A DNA stretch of 64,000 nt. Origin: an uncultured Gemmatimonadaceae bacterium (GTDB taxonomy: Bacteria; Gemmatimonadota; Gemmatimonadetes; Gemmatimonadales; Gemmatimonadaceae). Location of the stretch: NCBI GenBank assembly GCA_963790305.1, contig CAWBOC010000009.1, positions 32,001-96,000 of the forward strand, in the 5' to 3' direction. The position numbers and the translations under genes were made by a program. The first letter of the stretch is position 1; each line of letters begins with the position of its first letter. Positions 20,469-30,271 of the stretch are shown here, in pieces. The notes below the pieces were generated by a model. That model had not been told where the DNA came from, made no database searches, and saw only the letters and a program-made list of their open reading frames with translations.

Positions 20469-21606
20469 GGGCGCGCCCCGTCAACAATCCGTGGAGGGCG
20501 GACGCGCTCGCGAGCGCTTCACGCACACGAGCGGCATTCCCGCTGTTAGGCAGCATACGAAGGTAGCGCTCCCATGCCGCCATGGCTTCGCCAAGATCCC
20601 CTCGGGCCGCCGCGCAGTAGCCCGTCTCGAGATGGGTTTCGGCGTGCAGCGGGTCGAGCTGCAGCGCTCGCCGCAGCTCCTCGGCAGCGTCGTTGAGGCG
20701 ACCCGCTTTGCTCAGCGCACGGGCCATGGCGACCCGGGCCTCCGCCATCTGCGGATCGGCCGAGATCGCCTGGCGCGATGCCGCGAGCGATCCTTCCACG
20801 TTGCCGGATTCCAGCAGCGAACGCGCACGCTCAATGTGGGGGCGCGCATCCTCCGGTGCGCCCACGTGCTGCGGCGTCACCAGACGCGGGTCGCGCAGCT
20901 CGATGACACCCGTCGTCACCATCCCGTAGACGACCTTCGCGATGTCGAAATCGCTTTGCCCCAGACGCAATGCGATCTCGCGCAGGTCCTTGGCCCCATC
21001 GATCTCGGCGAGCACTTCCCACTCGTTGGGCAGCAGGTCGAGCAGCGACGGGTGATCGGCCCGCAAGGGCGCGAGCACCGGCACCACTCCGACGTGTGGC
21101 ACCTTGCCTTCTATGCGCGACCATTCGTCGATGCGGCGCGCGCCCTCCATGAGCAGCGACTCGGTCGAGATGCGCACCAATGCCTCGCTCGGCGCGTCCG
21201 AGATCGGGCGCTCCTCGAAGGAGAAGTATCCCTCTCGCCACGACATCAGCTCGAACACCACTTCCTCAATGTGGAGCCGCACGTGCCGCTCGAGCTCCTT
21301 CGGCGTCACCGCTCCCATCTCGAGGAGAATCTCGCCGAGTCGCCTCGCGTCTCCCTTCTGTTGCGTCGCTCGTGCCCGGTCCAGATCCGCTTCCGAGATC
21401 TTTCCCGCCCGCACCAGCATGTCGCCCAATCGATGCGGATTGCTGCGGATGGAGGCGAACACGACAGCGCCACCGTCGAAGAAGACGGTGCCCTGATTGT
21501 CGCGCAGCGCCGATACGACGCTCAGCGCGCCCGTCTTCCGGCTCAGGTCGAGCAGCTGGAAGACGTCGTGGATTCCAAGCTCGCGCAGCGGTCCTTCGAT
21601 CGGCAT
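20461..21606 (-). CDS. DUF4388 plus MshEN-like motif plus TPR protein (paralog of 14637..16256)
   Basis: EGPLRELGIHDVFQLLDLSRKTGAL, tandem RLG motifs, SLLMEGARRIDEW, TPRs. Confidence 0.85.
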   Translation of the reverse strand: MPIEGPLRELGIHDVFQLLDLSRKTGALSVVSALRDNQGTVFFDGGAVVFASIRSNPHRLGDMLVRAGKISEADLDRARATQQKGDARRLGEILLEMGAVTPKELERHVRLHIEEVVFELMSWREGYFSFEERPISDAPSEALVRISTESLLMEGARRIDEWSRIEGKVPHVGVVPVLAPLRADHPSLLDLLPNEWEVLAEIDGAKDLREIALRLGQSDFDIAKVVYGMVTTGVIELRDPRLVTPQHVGAPEDARPHIERARSLLESGNVEGSLAASRQAISADPQMAEARVAMARALSKAGRLNDAAEELRRALQLDPLHAETHLETGYCAAARGDLGEAMAAWERYLRMLPNSGNAARVREALASASALHGLLTGRAHG

Positions 21607-21608
21607 CG

Positions 21609-24314
21609 CTAGGCGACCTCCTCGCGCGAGCGGAAGATGCGCTGCAGGTCGGCCGCGGTCCGCGCATCGCGTCGCGCGCGTCGTGCGAACTCGCTGGCGG
21701 GCTCCACATCGACCACACGCTGCCACTTCGCGATCGCGTCGCGATACCGATGCTGCTCGGCGAGCAGAACCCCCTGGTAGTAGAGCGCTCCGGCATGATC
21801 AGGATCGAATCGCACAATGCGCTCGAACCCCGTGCGAGCATCGTCTCGCCGCTCGAGCGCCAGCAGCGTCTCGCCGAGCGCCAGGAGCGCGTCGAGGTTA
21901 TAGGGGTCGCGCTTCAACAGGTCGACGAGCGGGCCGAGCGCTTCCTTGGCGCGGCCGAAGTTGCGCCGGACCGCGGCAAGCTCGAGCGTCGCCTCGACGT
22001 ACGTAGGAACGGCTTCGAGCGCGGCGAGCAGATGCTCCTCCGCTTCCTTGGCCTGACCGCGCTCGGCCACCAGGCGCGCAAGCTCGAACCGCACGACCGC
22101 GAAATCCCGGTCCAGGTCGATGGCATCGCGATAGGCGATGATCGCGCCCTCGACGTCCCCCACCGCGCGCGCGACGTCGCCGATCTTCTGGAGAACATCC
22201 GGGCGCGCGGGCGCGAGACGACGCGCCTTGTCGAGATGCTCCAGAGCGCCCGCCGGGTCACCCTCGTCCGCGCGCGCCGAGGCGGCGAGCAGGAGCCCCT
22301 CCACGCTCGTTCCATCGACAGCGAGGAGCTCCTCGGCGACGACACGGGCTTCGGTGGCACGGCCGAGCACGAGCAGCGCGCGTGTCTCGCCTAACAGGGC
22401 GCGTGTCGGGACGTGACCGTTCAGGCCGCGCGCCTCGCGATAGCGCTCCAGCGCCTCGCCGAACAAGCCCTGGCGCGTGAACACATCACCGAGCAGCGCG
22501 AGCCCTTCCCCGCGGTCCCCGCCGCGCGTCATCGCGCGGCTGATCTCGGCCGACGCCCGCTCGAGCAGCCCTTTGGTGAGGTAGTCCACCGCCATCGCGT
22601 AGGGGTTCGCTTCCCCCGGCGCTGCGGTGTCCGCCTTCGCCGGCTTGAGCGACGTGAACAGCGAGTCGAGGACGCGTGCGTCGAAGGCGAACTCTTCGAC
22701 GCTCTCGTCCTGGCGCTTCTCACCGCCAAGGTCGGGGACGATCGAGAGGTCGGGATCCTCGTACTCGAGATCGATCGCCAGCTCGAACTTTTGCGCGACG
22801 TAGTACGGATCGATCTCGAGCGCGCGCTTCGTCTCACGCAGGGCGCCCTCGAAATCGCCGAGGTTGGAGAGCGCGAAGCTGAGATTGTAATGCGCTTCGG
22901 CGTACTCGGGACGTGCCTGAATGGCGCGGCCGAAGGCGTTGCGCGCATCCTCGTACTTCTTGAGCTCCGCCAGCACCAGACCGATCCCGTTCCACGCGAC
23001 GGGCTGCTCGGGCTCAACGGAAAGCACCTGGCGATACGCCTCCAGCGAGAGCTGAAGGCGCTTCCCCTTGAACAGCAGCAGGGCGAGGTTGAGCCACGCC
23101 TTGGTGAACGCCGCTTCGATACCGAGCGCGGCACGGAAGGCGTCGATGGCCTCTTCCGTTTGGCCGCCATGGTACAACGCCACGCCGAGATTGTTGTGCC
23201 CGATCGCGTACCGCGGATCGGACTCGAGTGCGGTGCGATAGCTCTGCGCCGCGTCGGCGTACCGGCCTTCCTGATGGAGTGCGACGCCCCGCTCCGCCCA
23301 GAGCTTGGGGCTGCCAGGCTGCTCGGCGACGAGCTGCTCGTAGAGCTCGTAGGCGGCGCGCGTATCCTTCCGCAGCAGGTGCACCTCGGCCATGGCCTGC
23401 ATAACGAGCAGGCGATCCTCACCCCGCTCCAGCGCAATGCGATACTCGCGTAGCGCCTCGGCGTAGTAGGCCTTCTGGCGAAACGCGAGCCCGAGATTGA
23501 AATGGGCGAGCGTCTTCTCTTCCGCGACCTCGAGCCGCTCGGCCGCGCGTCGACGCTGCTCGGGCAGGAGCGTCTCGTACCGAGCGTCCTTGTATCGCTC
23601 CAGGGAGAGGTTCGCCTGCGCGCGCGAGAGCGTCGGGTTGAGCGCGATCGCCCTCTTTTGCGCGGCACGTGCGTCCTCATGACGTCCCATGTCGCCGAGC
23701 ACGAACCCCATGAGGTAGTGCGCGTCGGGATTGTCGGGGTTGAGCTCGAGCGCGCGCTTGAGCGCGGCCAGCGCCTCGTCGTTGAGGCCGCGGTTGTAGA
23801 TGACCTCGCCGAGGTAGAAGTTCACCACCGAGCTGTTGGGCTCGAGCGCGAGCGCGCGCTCGAACCACTGCTGCGCCTTCTCGAGATCCCCGCTCGCCTT
23901 CTCGGCGAGCCCGAGCTGCACGATGGCACCGAGGTCTTCCGGGTGGTGCAGCAGGAGCGCGCTGAACTCGCGCACCGCTTCCGTCACGTTGCCGAGCGAG
24001 GCGTACGCGCGCCCGAGCTCCCAGCGGGCATCGCGGTCGTCGGGGCGTTGGCGGAGCCGCTCCGTCAGCTCGGAGACGCGACGGTCGTAGTAGCCGGTGT
24101 TGAAGTACGCGATCTCGAGGTTCCGCTGCGCGACCTGCATCTTCGAGTCGAGCTCGAGCGCGCGCGTGAATGCGGACACCGCTTCCTCGTAGAGTCCCTT
24201 GTTGAAGTAGAGAACCCCGAGGTTGTTATGCGCCCCCGCATCCGACGGATCGATCCGTCGAGCGAACGAGCGCAGGACCTCGCGGTCGCGCTCGGATGTG
24301 AGGACGGGGGTCAT
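21609..24314 (-). CDS. Large cytoplasmic multi-TPR protein (901 aa)
   Basis: Many TPRs (AHNNLG, AHYLMG, AHFNLG, AWNGIG, AHYNLS); no signal peptide. Confidence 0.88.
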   Translation of the reverse strand: MTPVLTSERDREVLRSFARRIDPSDAGAHNNLGVLYFNKGLYEEAVSAFTRALELDSKMQVAQRNLEIAYFNTGYYDRRVSELTERLRQRPDDRDARWELGRAYASLGNVTEAVREFSALLLHHPEDLGAIVQLGLAEKASGDLEKAQQWFERALALEPNSSVVNFYLGEVIYNRGLNDEALAALKRALELNPDNPDAHYLMGFVLGDMGRHEDARAAQKRAIALNPTLSRAQANLSLERYKDARYETLLPEQRRRAAERLEVAEEKTLAHFNLGLAFRQKAYYAEALREYRIALERGEDRLLVMQAMAEVHLLRKDTRAAYELYEQLVAEQPGSPKLWAERGVALHQEGRYADAAQSYRTALESDPRYAIGHNNLGVALYHGGQTEEAIDAFRAALGIEAAFTKAWLNLALLLFKGKRLQLSLEAYRQVLSVEPEQPVAWNGIGLVLAELKKYEDARNAFGRAIQARPEYAEAHYNLSFALSNLGDFEGALRETKRALEIDPYYVAQKFELAIDLEYEDPDLSIVPDLGGEKRQDESVEEFAFDARVLDSLFTSLKPAKADTAAPGEANPYAMAVDYLTKGLLERASAEISRAMTRGGDRGEGLALLGDVFTRQGLFGEALERYREARGLNGHVPTRALLGETRALLVLGRATEARVVAEELLAVDGTSVEGLLLAASARADEGDPAGALEHLDKARRLAPARPDVLQKIGDVARAVGDVEGAIIAYRDAIDLDRDFAVVRFELARLVAERGQAKEAEEHLLAALEAVPTYVEATLELAAVRRNFGRAKEALGPLVDLLKRDPYNLDALLALGETLLALERRDDARTGFERIVRFDPDHAGALYYQGVLLAEQHRYRDAIAKWQRVVDVEPASEFARRARRDARTAADLQRIFRSREEVA

Positions 24315-24317
24315 GCG

Positions 24318-24938
24318 TCAGGCCAGTCGTACCGCGCGAAGGATGGCTTGCAGCGACGCGAGGTCCGGCAGCAGGAGGAAGAAGCCGCGGAGATGCTCGT
24401 TCTGCTCCTGGAGGAAGAACTGGCTCTCGACGTAGAAGACGTGATCGCGATCGGTGCCGAACTGCAGGAAGGCTGTCGACAGGATCGCGGAGGACATGTC
24501 GATGGCGAGGCTCGGCGGCGACGGCAGGAGCATGAGGCCCATGAAATCGCTCAGCGCGTTCATGTACGCGCCGCTGAGAATGTTTCCAGCCTCCTTGATC
24601 GCCGACTGCTCGAGCGCACCCATCTCCTGCGAGGAGCCGGACGGGCGGCGCAGCATGAGCTCGGCGAGCCGCATGGCCGTCGGTCGCGGAAAGACGAGCA
24701 GCGTTCGGCCCGTGAGGTCGCCGAGCATGTGCATCAGCACGGCGGCAATCGGCTCTTCCGGCTCGCTGAGCTGCGTCGGCACGTCCTCGAGCGACGAGAT
24801 GTTGATCGTCGGCACGCTGATCATGATCGTGCTGCCGGTCATCTGCGAAAGCGCCGTCGCCGCATGGCCCGCCCCGATGTTGGCCACTTCGCGCAGTGCA
24901 TCGAGCTGGACGGCCTTCAATTCCTTGATGTCGTTCAT
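24318..24938 (-). CDS. cheC: CheC-family CheY-P phosphatase
   Basis: Two phosphatase motifs, DALREVANIGAGHAATALS and SAIKEAGNIL. Confidence 0.93.
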   Translation of the reverse strand: MNDIKELKAVQLDALREVANIGAGHAATALSQMTGSTIMISVPTINISSLEDVPTQLSEPEEPIAAVLMHMLGDLTGRTLLVFPRPTAMRLAELMLRRPSGSSQEMGALEQSAIKEAGNILSGAYMNALSDFMGLMLLPSPPSLAIDMSSAILSTAFLQFGTDRDHVFYVESQFFLQEQNEHLRGFFLLLPDLASLQAILRAVRLA

Positions 24939-24946
24939 TCTCTCCT

Positions 24947-26843
24947 CTACAGAAGGCTGCCCACGTCCACGATCAGCGCCGGGGCCCCGTCGCCCAGGAT
25001 GGTCGCGCCGCTGAACAACGCGGCCGCGTTTCGAACGGCATCGAACTGCTTCACCACGATGTCCTGCTGCCCCGCGAGCTCGTCGACAACCAGTCCGGCG
25101 CGACGTTCCCCGACCTCCAGCACGATCACCTGGGGCATGCGCGCGCCGTCGGCGGCGAGGCCGAGCAACGACCGGAATCGCACGAGTGGCAGCACGTCGT
25201 CGCGAAGCATGAGCACCTCGTGGCCTTTCACCGATTTGAGGGCGGCGCCTTCCAGCTCGACGGTCTCGTTCACGTGCGTCATCGGGACGGCGAACGTGTC
25301 GCCATCCACGCGGACGAGCAGCGCGCGCAGAATCGCCAACGTGAGCGGCAGGCGCAGCGTCACCGTGGTGCCGCGCCCGGGAATGGAGCGAATCTCCACC
25401 GAGCCCCCGAGCGAGCGGATGCGAGCGTGCACGACGTCGATGCCCACGCCTCGGCCCGAGATGTCGGTGACGCGCTCGGCGGTCGAGAAACCCGGCCGTG
25501 AGATGAGGCGAATCAGATCATCGTCGTTGAGCTCGGTGCGTCCCGTATCGACGAGACCGAGATGCCGCGCCTTGGCGAGCACTCGATCGCGATCGATGCC
25601 TCGCCCGTCGTCGCTCACGCGAATGGTGATCGACGAGCGCTCGCGCGCCGCCGACAACACGAGCTTTCCTGCCGGAGGCTTCCCCGCCGCGACGCGCTCG
25701 GACGCCGACTCGAACCCGTGATCGATCGCGTTGCGCAGGAGGTGAACGACGGGATCGCCGATCTCGTCGAGCATGGACCGGTCGAGCTCGATCTCCTTCC
25801 CTTCGATGGTGAACTCGATCTGTTTGCCCAGCGACCGCGCTGCGTCCCGAACGAGCCGCGGGAAGCGGTCGAACACCTGCCACACCGGCACCATGCGGCT
25901 GGCCATGATCTGGTCCTGCAGATCGGAGACGAGCCGCGACGCTTCGGTGACGGCCTCGGTCAGCGCCGGATCATCGCGGGTGATCGCGAGCTGAACCAGC
26001 CGGCCGCGGGTGATCACGAGCTCCCCGATGAGGTTCATGAGCGCATCGAGGCGGCGGAGATCGATGCGCACGTTGCGCGAGGAGCGCGCGCGTCCCGATT
26101 CGGCGGCTTTGGCCGCGGCGCGGGCCTTGGGATCCTCAATGTCTACGCGATCGACGTCCCCGGCGGCGCGGAGCGCCGAGGCGATATCCGCCGGGGGCGC
26201 ATCGGTCTCGAGACGGATGGCGAACTCGCGATCGAACTGCTCGGCCTGAAGCGCCTCCACCGGCGGGAGCACCTCGAGCACGCGGCCTAACGATTCTGCT
26301 CGCTTCACCACCACGAAGGCACGCACGCCCCGGAGCGGAGCGTTGGCGGCGAGGCGGATGCGGATCAGCAGTTGCGAAGGCGCGAGAGGCGCTGAGAGGC
26401 GCGAGGGGCGCTGGGGGCGCTGAGAGCGCTGGAGAAGCGCTGGTGATGGCCGGGAATTCGCCGCTCATGCGGCCCATCGCACGCAGCCGCTCGATCACCG
26501 GGCTCGCATCCGCCGTCGCATCCTGACCGCGCACCGCTTGCTCCACCGACGTCTCGAGCACATCGGCCGCCTCGAAAAGCGCGTCCATGACGGTCGGCGT
26601 GATCTTCCGCTCTCCGCGCCGCACGGCGTCGAGTACCGTCTCCAGCTCGTGCGTCAGCGTCGCGACCGCCTCGTACCCCATCGTCGCGCTCATCCCCTTC
26701 ACCGTGTGCACCGCGCGAAAGATCGCGCTCAACGGCTCCGCAGCCGCTGGGTCGCGCTCCAGCTCCAGCAGCAGATGGTTGATCGCCGAAAGGTGCTCTC
26801 GGCTCTCCGTCAGGAAGAGGTCGGCGTAACGGGTGAGATCCAT
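24947..26843 (-). CDS. cheA: Chemotaxis histidine kinase CheA, P1-P5 (apparent frameshift near 26360)
   Basis: FRAVHTVKGMSATMG (Hpt), LDALMNLIGELVI, HLLRNAIDHG, DDGRGID, GFSTAERVTDISGRGVG, LPLTLAI. Confidence 0.95.
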
Positions 26844-26849
26844 GGCCCT

Positions 26850-26975
26850 GGGGTCAGGAGTCAGGAGTCAGTGGTCAGGGGGTGTCGGGGTCTAGGTGTG
26901 AGGAGACCGGCTCGCGCATGCCCTGACTCCGACCACCTGACACCCCCTGATCCCTGACTCCTGACTCCTGACCCC
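26850..26975. repeat. Heptamer-repeat hairpin (TCAGGAG/CTCCTGA) filling the cheY-cheA spacer
   Basis: Perfect 22-bp inverted arms at 26850-26871 and 26954-26975. Confidence 0.9.
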
Positions 26976-26978
26976 TCG

Positions 26979-27341
26979 TTATCCAAGTACTCGCTGCACT
27001 GCTTCGAGAACTCTGCTCGGTTGGAAGGGCTTGACGACAAAGTCCTTCGCGCCTGCCTGAATCGCTTCGACCACGAGCGCCTGCTGCCCCATGGCGCTGC
27101 ACATGAGGACCTTCGCGTTCGGGTCGAGCTTCGTGATCTCACGCACCGCATCGATCCCGCCCATGTCCGGCATCACGATGTCCATCGTTACGAGATCGGG
27201 TCGCAGCTGCTTGTACTTCTCGACGGCCTGGACGCCCGTCTCAGCCTCCCCGACGATCTCGAAGCCGGACTGCTGCAGGATGTCGCCGATCATCGTGCGC
27301 ATGAAGATGGCGTCATCGCAGATCAGCACCGTGTGACTCAC
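26979..27341 (-). CDS. cheY: CheY single-domain response regulator
   Basis: VLICDDAIFMR, VTMDIVMP, CSAMGQQ, FVVKPF. Confidence 0.93.
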   Translation of the reverse strand: MSHTVLICDDAIFMRTMIGDILQQSGFEIVGEAETGVQAVEKYKQLRPDLVTMDIVMPDMGGIDAVREITKLDPNAKVLMCSAMGQQALVVEAIQAGAKDFVVKPFQPSRVLEAVQRVLG

Positions 27342-27352
27342 CGTTCCCTCCG

Positions 27353-27802
27353 CTAGAGCAGGACGTGCTTGATGATGGAGTGGATGTCGAGGATAATGAC
27401 GACTTTGTCGTCCATTCGTCCCAAGCCGACGATCGATGCATCTTCGCCATCGCGCTCCGTCGCGTGCTCGATCGATTCGGCGGGAAGCATCATGACGTCG
27501 TTCACTTCCGCGACGGCGATTCCGACGAGCTTTTGACGGTGCTCCACGAGGATCACGGAGCCATCCGACGCGAGCGAGCTGTTCCCGTCCAGGCGTGAGC
27601 CGAGGTCGAGAACGGTGACGATCGTCCCGCGAACGTTGATCAGCCCGGCGACGTAGGCGGGCGCGCCGGGGACGCGCGTGGCGCGTCGCACGGGGAGGAT
27701 CTCGCGCACCGCGTCGAGATCGATCCCGTAGAGCCGGTCGCCGAGGCGGAACAGCACCAGGCGGCGAACGGGGACATCAAAGGTTGGTGCGGTAGAAGCC
27801 AA
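27353..27802 (-). CDS. cheW: CheW coupling protein
   Basis: LVLFRLG, TRVPGAPAYVAGLINVRGTIVTVLDL. Confidence 0.9.
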   Translation of the reverse strand: MASTAPTFDVPVRRLVLFRLGDRLYGIDLDAVREILPVRRATRVPGAPAYVAGLINVRGTIVTVLDLGSRLDGNSSLASDGSVILVEHRQKLVGIAVAEVNDVMMLPAESIEHATERDGEDASIVGLGRMDDKVVIILDIHSIIKHVLL

Positions 27803-28766
27803 AGTGGTCGAGCGGGTCGGGGGACTCCAGCGGCTCGCCAGCCACCGCGTCGAGCGCCTTGCGGAGGTCAGCGGGAAGCGGAGACCGCAACTCGACCGTC
27901 TCGCCCGTTTCCGGGTGAGGGAAGATCAACCACGCAGCGTGCAGGAAATGACGCTTCGGCGGGAGTGCAACCAACCGCCGACCGCCTCCTCCGCCGTACG
28001 TGTCATCCCCCAGCACGGGATGCCCGATCGACGCGAGATGCACGCGAATCTGATGGGTGCGCCCCGTGTGCAGGTGCGCCCGCAGCAGATCCGCCGAGTC
28101 GAATCGGGCCAGCCGGACGAAATCGGTCTTTGCGGCCTTCCCCGTATTGACGACCGCCATCCGCTTTCGGTCTCGCGGATCGCGGGCGACCGGTTTCTCG
28201 ACAGTCACACGGTCGGAGGTGAGATGCCCCCATGAAACCGCGGCGTAGCGGCGCTTGATGCGGCGGCCCGCCAGCGCCGCCCCGAGCCACCGATGGGCCC
28301 GATCGGTCTTGGCCACGAGCAGCAGCCCTGACGTCTCCTTGTCGAGCCGGTGGAGGATCCCCTCGCGCCCGGTGCCTCCCTCCGCGGCCAGCGACTGCCC
28401 ACGTCCCTTCAACGCGTTGACGAGGGTCCCCGTCCAGTTGCCCGGAGCTGGATGCACGACCATTCCAGCCGGCTTGTCGACGACGAGCGCGTGCTCGTCC
28501 TCCCACACCACGGTGAGTGGAATGTCCTCGGCGAGGACGGGACGATCGGGAGGTGGAGGGATGTCGACCGCGATGCGTTCCCCGGTCGCCGGCCGGTACG
28601 AGGCTTTCTCGCGGCGCCCGTCCACCGTCACGTTCCCGTTGGCGATGAGCGTCGCGGCGCCGGTGCGCGAGAGATCGAGTCGTGAGGCAACGAGCAAGTC
28701 GAGCCGCAGGCCCGGCGCGTCCTCGATGACGAACTGGTGTAGCCCCGGAGTGGGCGCGCTAGTCAT
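27777..28766 (-). CDS. rluD: RluA/RluD-family pseudouridine synthase with S4 domain
   Basis: VDKPAGMVVHP, HRLDKETSG, TGRTHQIRVH, LHA. Confidence 0.92.
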   Translation of the reverse strand: MTSAPTPGLHQFVIEDAPGLRLDLLVASRLDLSRTGAATLIANGNVTVDGRREKASYRPATGERIAVDIPPPPDRPVLAEDIPLTVVWEDEHALVVDKPAGMVVHPAPGNWTGTLVNALKGRGQSLAAEGGTGREGILHRLDKETSGLLLVAKTDRAHRWLGAALAGRRIKRRYAAVSWGHLTSDRVTVEKPVARDPRDRKRMAVVNTGKAAKTDFVRLARFDSADLLRAHLHTGRTHQIRVHLASIGHPVLGDDTYGGGGGRRLVALPPKRHFLHAAWLIFPHPETGETVELRSPLPADLRKALDAVAGEPLESPDPLDHFGFYRTNL

Positions 28767-28804
28767 GCATCCGATCGCCTAAGGTGCAGCGACGCCCGCT
28801 GTCT

Positions 28805-29335
28805 TCAGGCGCGTTCTACGGAGCTTGCGACACTCGAGGCCGCGGCGCGGGCGCGCGCGCGATCTTCCGCCCACAGGGACCAGGCCAGCATGAAGGCTCC
28901 GATGCTGACCGCCATGTCGGCCACGTTGAACGTCGGCCAGCGCTGCATGCCGACACCGATGTCGATGAAGTCGACGACGCCCATGGGATGCCGAATCCGG
29001 TCGATCACGTTGCCGATCGCGCCGGCGCACACGAGCCCGATCGACGCGATGCGGAACCGGTCGGGGTCAGGCGTCTGCCGATAGAGCCGCCCGAGAATGA
29101 CCAGCGCAACGATCGCGAGGGCGAGAAAGAGCCAGCGTGAGTACGGACCTAACGATATACCGAACGCGGCGCCGGTGTTGTACACGAGCGTGAGACGGAG
29201 CCAGTCCCCGATGACTTCCCGCGGAATCCCGCGCGGCGCCAGCGAGGCTTCGGCCCAGGCCTTCGTCACCACATCGAGCACGATGATGGTCACGATGAGC
29301 CCCCAGAAGAGAACTCGCCGGCTGCGCGCGCTCAT
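28805..29335 (-). CDS. lspA: Lipoprotein signal peptidase II (copy 2)
   Basis: DVVTK, YNTGAAFG, GAIGNVIDR, VVDFID, FNVAD. Confidence 0.92.
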   Translation of the reverse strand: MSARSRRVLFWGLIVTIIVLDVVTKAWAEASLAPRGIPREVIGDWLRLTLVYNTGAAFGISLGPYSRWLFLALAIVALVILGRLYRQTPDPDRFRIASIGLVCAGAIGNVIDRIRHPMGVVDFIDIGVGMQRWPTFNVADMAVSIGAFMLAWSLWAEDRARARAAASSVASSVERA

Positions 29336-29868
29336 CGGGAAGCGCCCTGGGACTCGGTGACGACCGGCACGGCCGCGACCGAATGCTTCCGGTCTTCCTG
29401 CCAGAGAATCCAGGCGAGAAGCACCGCGCCGAAAGTGATCGCGACGTCGGCCACGTTGAACGTATAGAACCGCGCGCTACCGATGCCGAGGTCGATGAAA
29501 TCCACGACGCCGCGCGAGGAGCGTACGCGATCCAGCATGTTGCCGAGCGCGCCCGCCGAGACGAGCGCCAGCGCCGCGGCGCGCGCGCGATCCCGCAGGT
29601 CGGTCGCGCGGTAGAGCTGACCGAGGATGACCAGGGCGACCGCGGCGAGCGCGATGAAGATCACCCGCGAGTACGGCCCGACCCCGATGCCGAACGACGC
29701 CCCGGGGTTGTACGCGAGCGTCAGCTGCACCCAATCGCCCACCACCTCGTGCGGAACGTATTCCGGGACGAGGTGCGTGACGGCGAGCGATTTGGTGGCG
29801 ACATCGAGCGCGAGAACGACCAGGAGCAGTGGCCAGAACAGCGTGGCCTTAGGACTGCTTCTTCCCAT
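29332..29868 (-). CDS. lspA: Lipoprotein signal peptidase II (copy 1)
   Basis: DVATK, YNPGASFG, GALGNMLDR, VVDFID, FNVAD; ATG at 29868. Confidence 0.92.
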   Translation of the reverse strand: MGRSSPKATLFWPLLLVVLALDVATKSLAVTHLVPEYVPHEVVGDWVQLTLAYNPGASFGIGVGPYSRVIFIALAAVALVILGQLYRATDLRDRARAAALALVSAGALGNMLDRVRSSRGVVDFIDLGIGSARFYTFNVADVAITFGAVLLAWILWQEDRKHSVAAVPVVTESQGASR

Positions 29869-30271
29869 CTTCCTCGCGCTGCTTGTCCTTGATGCACAGC
29901 CGCGCGTGGGGCAGCGCGTCGAGTCGGTCGAAGTCGATGTCTTCGCCGCACTGCTGGCACTTGCCGAATGTCTCGGGCGAGCGGTACAGGCGGCGCAGCG
30001 CCTCGTCGATGTGCCAGAGAAAGCGTCCCTCCTGGGATGCGAACAGGAAGGCCTTCTCGCGCTCCATCGCATCGGTGCCCTGGTCGGCCATGTGGAACGA
30101 GTACGAGCTCAGATCCCCATCGGCCGACTGTGGCGTCGCATTGAACGCCTCGCTGTAGTTGCCAAGCTCCTTGAGCACGCGCTTGCGCTCCTCGAGCAGT
30201 CGCTTCTCGAAGTGCGTCAGCAACTTCTTGCTCATCGGCTTGGACTTCTTCGCGCTCGCTGAAGACGCCAT
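29849..30271 (-). CDS. TraR/DksA-family zinc-finger protein
   Basis: Coiled coil with HMADQGT, FGKCQQCGEDI...RLDALPHARLCIKD. Confidence 0.88.
   Translation of the reverse strand: MASSASAKKSKPMSKKLLTHFEKRLLEERKRVLKELGNYSEAFNATPQSADGDLSSYSFHMADQGTDAMEREKAFLFASQEGRFLWHIDEALRRLYRSPETFGKCQQCGEDIDFDRLDALPHARLCIKDKQREEDGKKQS

Noticed and set aside
14739..25721. Long plus-strand ORFs (e.g. 14739..16718, 23502..25721; also 55828..57744)
   Set aside because: Antisense shadows of real high-GC genes, with no recognisable motifs.
29332..30072. Apparent N-terminally extended 246-aa LspA
   Set aside because: The extension overlaps the dksA-like gene in another frame; the real start is ATG 29868.
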